NCBI GenBank assembly: GCA_965200965.1
Contig: OZ241744.1
Coordinates: 2,912,001 to 2,976,000, forward strand
Direction: 5' to 3'
Origin: an uncultured Candidatus Binatia bacterium
GTDB taxonomy: Bacteria; Desulfobacterota; Binatia; Bin18
Length of the DNA stretch: 64,000 nt
Shown here: piece by piece, positions 61,341 to 64,000 of the stretch
How the letters are laid out: every line of letters starts with the position of its first letter
Numbering within the stretch: the first letter of the stretch is position 1
Program-made: the position numbers and the translations under genes
The notes under the pieces: generated by a model
The model's database searches: none
Seen by the model: the letters and a program-made list of their open reading frames with translations, nothing else
Told to the model about the DNA's origin: nothing

Positions 61341-61763
61341 CTAGGGGTCAATCCGGGCCGAGGCGTAGCCGCTGATCACTTCGGCCCCGTCCTGATTCAC
61401 GGTCGAGACATCGAGTTCGACAATCGGCTGCTCTCCCTCCATCCGAATCTCTTTGACAGTTGCCCTGGCGGTCAGGCTGTCGCCCGGCCAGACCTGGCGG
61501 GTAAACCGCACCCCGTACCTGGTCAGACGCCCGTCGCCAACATAGTTGGTCAGCATTTTGCCGGTCATGCCCATGCTGAGCATTCCGTGGGCGAACACCG
61601 ACGGATAGCCGGCAACCTTGGTAGTAAAAACCTCATCGGTGTGGACCGGGTTGTAGTCCCCGGAGGCACCGGCGTACTGCACCAACTGGGTTCGGGTCAG
61701 GTTCTCGACAATGTGCTCTTCGTGGCGATCGCCGACTTTGAGTTGCCGTGCTGATAAGGCCAT
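61341..61763 (-). CDS. MaoC family dehydratase
   Basis: YAGASGDYNPVH.D, AHGM, VRF..VWPGD. Confidence 0.92.
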   Translation of the reverse strand: MALSARQLKVGDRHEEHIVENLTRTQLVQYAGASGDYNPVHTDEVFTTKVAGYPSVFAHGMLSMGMTGKMLTNYVGDGRLTRYGVRFTRQVWPGDSLTARATVKEIRMEGEQPIVELDVSTVNQDGAEVISGYASARIDP

Positions 61764-61774
61764 GCTTCTCCTCC

Positions 61775-62266
61775 CTATTGGTCAACCGGGCGCTCGGTCT
61801 GCACCCCAACACCGCGGGCGGTAATCACCAGCTCACCGTTCTGATCCCGATACTCGGTAATGGTCTCTGAAAAAATCAGCTTGCCCGAGCGCTTGCCCTG
61901 CTTCTCCCACATCTTGCCCGGCTTCTCGGTGGCGGTCAGCACATCGCCCGGCCTGAGGTGGCGGTGATACTCAAAGTGCTGCTCGGCGTGCAGCCCGCCG
62001 CCTCCTCCACCGCCGCCGCCTTCCTTTTTCTGGACGCCGGTCGCTTCCTTGCCCGAACCGAACCACGGCTTGCCGACCTTGGGCCGCAGGAAATAGTCCG
62101 GGTCAAACTGGGCGCTGGCCTGGGCAAAGGTCGGCGGGGCGATGATCGTCCCCGGCTCGGTGCCCCGGGCGTAGTCTTCGTCAGAATAGATGCGGTTCTC
62201 GTCGCCAACCGAACGGGCAAACATGAGGATATGGCTCGCCTCAACCGGGAATTTGTCTACTGCCAT
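61775..62266 (-). CDS. MaoC-like N-terminal (FAS1-type) dehydratase partner
   Basis: FAR.VGD.N, APPTF, LHAEQHFEYHR.LRPGD, DQNGELV. Confidence 0.88.
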   Translation of the reverse strand: MAVDKFPVEASHILMFARSVGDENRIYSDEDYARGTEPGTIIAPPTFAQASAQFDPDYFLRPKVGKPWFGSGKEATGVQKKEGGGGGGGGGLHAEQHFEYHRHLRPGDVLTATEKPGKMWEKQGKRSGKLIFSETITEYRDQNGELVITARGVGVQTERPVDQ

Positions 62267-62304
62267 GATACGCTCTCCCTTCTCCTCGTGGGCCACAGGC
62301 TGCG

Positions 62305-63066
62305 CTAGGCGCTGAGGTGTTTGTCGTAAAACGTCAGGACCCGATGCCACATGTCCTGGGCGGCAACCGGCCGGTAGCTGTCCCGGTAGTCGGCAAAAAA
62401 GGCGTGGCCGGCCTTGGGATACATCCGCATTTCATAGGGCTTGCCGTGCCTGTCAAGCTCGGCCTTGAGCCGCTCGGCGTGCTCGGGCGAGGGGTTGGGG
62501 TCTTCTTCGCCAAACAGCCCCAGCAGTGGACAGTTCAGGTCCTTCACCAGGTCAATCGGCGCGACCGGACGGGTGTCCGCATGATCGTTGGGTCCGTCCT
62601 GGGTGATGAAACCGCCGGCCGAGTCCACCGCGGCATCCAGGTTTTTGCTGGTGCAGCCAAACATCAGGGTATAGCGTCCGCCCGAACAGAAGCCGATCGC
62701 GCCCACCTTGCCGTTGGAGTCGGCCTGGCTCTTGATGTATTGGGCACCGGCGTCGAGGTCGCCCATCGCTTGCGCGTCAGGAACCGAGAACATGACCTTC
62801 ATCACGTTCTGGAGCATGGTGGCCGGGTTGCTCAGGTCGGGGGTGCCTTCACGCGTGTACATATCCGGGGCCAGGGCAATACAGCCTTCTCTGGCAAAGC
62901 GGTCGGCCACATCCTTGATATGATCGTTCAAACCAAAGGCTTCCATAATCACAATCACGCCGGGGTGCGGGCCAGGCGTGGTTGGCCGGCTCAGGTAGGC
63001 GCTGACGGGAGTGCCGCCATGACCGGGATAGTGCATCATTTCAGACTGGACCTCGGGTGGTCTCAT
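62305..63066 (-). CDS. Dienelactone hydrolase family protein
   Basis: EAFGLN.HI, APD, GFCSGG, HAF, A.DMW. Confidence 0.92.
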   Translation of the reverse strand: MRPPEVQSEMMHYPGHGGTPVSAYLSRPTTPGPHPGVIVIMEAFGLNDHIKDVADRFAREGCIALAPDMYTREGTPDLSNPATMLQNVMKVMFSVPDAQAMGDLDAGAQYIKSQADSNGKVGAIGFCSGGRYTLMFGCTSKNLDAAVDSAGGFITQDGPNDHADTRPVAPIDLVKDLNCPLLGLFGEEDPNPSPEHAERLKAELDRHGKPYEMRMYPKAGHAFFADYRDSYRPVAAQDMWHRVLTFYDKHLSA

Positions 63067-63338
63067 ACGCTTCACCTCCTGGAGAGAATTGTGTGATACC
63101 GGGAGCATACGTCCGCCGCCCTTTTCTTGCAAGCCTCGGCGGCACTGGCGACAGGACGCGCCTGGCCTCGCTGGTAGCCATGACAGCGGGACTCGGGGCC
63201 TCCCTCCCCCTTCTTCGTGTGGCTTGTGCCTCTGTATGGCGCGGAGGGGGCAGCGTGGGCCAGAACAACATACACCTGGGTTCTTGCCCTGGTTTTCATC
63301 CCGTTTAGTATAGCGATACTCCGACAGAGCTACCGGAT

Positions 63339-64000
63339 ATGAAAATGGCTGGCACACCTGCGGCAGAGACGCTTCATATCGGGATCGTGCTCCCGAGCCT
63401 GAAAGGGGGCGGAGCAGAGCGGATTATGCTCACCTTGGCAAAGTCGCTCATTGAGCGCGGCCACCGAATAGACCTGGTACTGGAGCGGTGCGCGGGGGAT
63501 TATCTGGCCGACCTGCCCAAGGATATGGGGCTGTACTATACGAGGACGCGGCTGTGGAAGGCTGACCCGGAGTTGCTCCGTCACTGCCGTGAACGTGGTA
63601 TCACGGCGCAGGCGCTACCCATCAACCCGCTCGGCGTGGCCCGGGCCTGGCTTGCTCTCAGGCGGAAGCGTCTGGGCGTACCCGTCAAGCGCAGATATGC
63701 CCTCTATGCCTATGGAATTGCGCGTTACATTCGTGCGGCGCAGCCCCAGTTGCTGCTGTCGGCACTGGTGCCGGCAAATGCCCCCGCCCTCTATGCAACA
63801 GAGTTGATGGGTCACTCCCTTCCGGCGGTTGTCTCGGTCCACAATAATGCCGGTTTGAGCTACACTGAAAATCAGCTGGCCACGGCAAGAGTGCTGTACC
63901 CCAGAGCGGATGCCGTGGTTGCGGTCTCCAAGGGTGCAGGCAGCGAGGTCAGTGGGCTGTTGGGAGTGCCAGCCGCCCGTGTTCATACCGTCTACAATCC
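63339..64000 (+). CDS. Glycosyltransferase family 4 (3' end runs off the window)
   Basis: Manual translation: HIGIVLPSLKGGGAERIMLTLAKSLIERGHRIDLV...YPRADAVVAVSKG...HTVYN. Confidence 0.88.
   Translation, partial: MKMAGTPAAETLHIGIVLPSLKGGGAERIMLTLAKSLIERGHRIDLVLERCAGDYLADLPKDMGLYYTRTRLWKADPELLRHCRERGITAQALPINPLGVARAWLALRRKRLGVPVKRRYALYAYGIARYIRAAQPQLLLSALVPANAPALYATELMGHSLPAVVSVHNNAGLSYTENQLATARVLYPRADAVVAVSKGAGSEVSGLLGVPAARVHTVYN

Noticed and set aside
61996-62024. Poly-Gly tract in MaoC-like protein
   Set aside because: Mixed codons, in frame; an ordinary flexible loop

Overview
High-GC bacterial chromosome window. The gene content (amidohydrolases, LLM oxidoreductase, MaoC pair, LpxL-type acyltransferase, EngB, GpmI) fits a Gram-negative, possibly Binatia/deltaproteobacterial-type organism, but that is inference. 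A housekeeping and catabolic backbone is interrupted by three visibly lower-GC accessory regions. (1) 15.5-19.9 kb: a four-gene operon (unknown protein, P-loop ATPase, PIN-domain protein, SPPY amino-methyltransferase) that I cannot assign to a named system. (2) 29.8-43.1 kb: a type I R-M operon with an XRE-HTH-fused HsdM, carrying a PD-(D/E)XK-like gene, a TIR-SLOG-TIR module, AIPR, an M48/YgjP peptidase and a Cas2/VapD-like + PIN pair. (3) 56.9-59.5 kb: an HNH nuclease and a small-protein/Fic pair. Three cassettes are bracketed by direct repeats of neighbouring gene sequence (about 41, 233 and 220 bp), with no integrase or transposase recognised in the window. A 41-bp palindromic element occurs four times, twice in frame inside a protein-coding gene, and shows compensatory stem changes. 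No rRNA, tRNA or CRISPR array was recognised. All family calls rest on motif recognition only; no database search was run.
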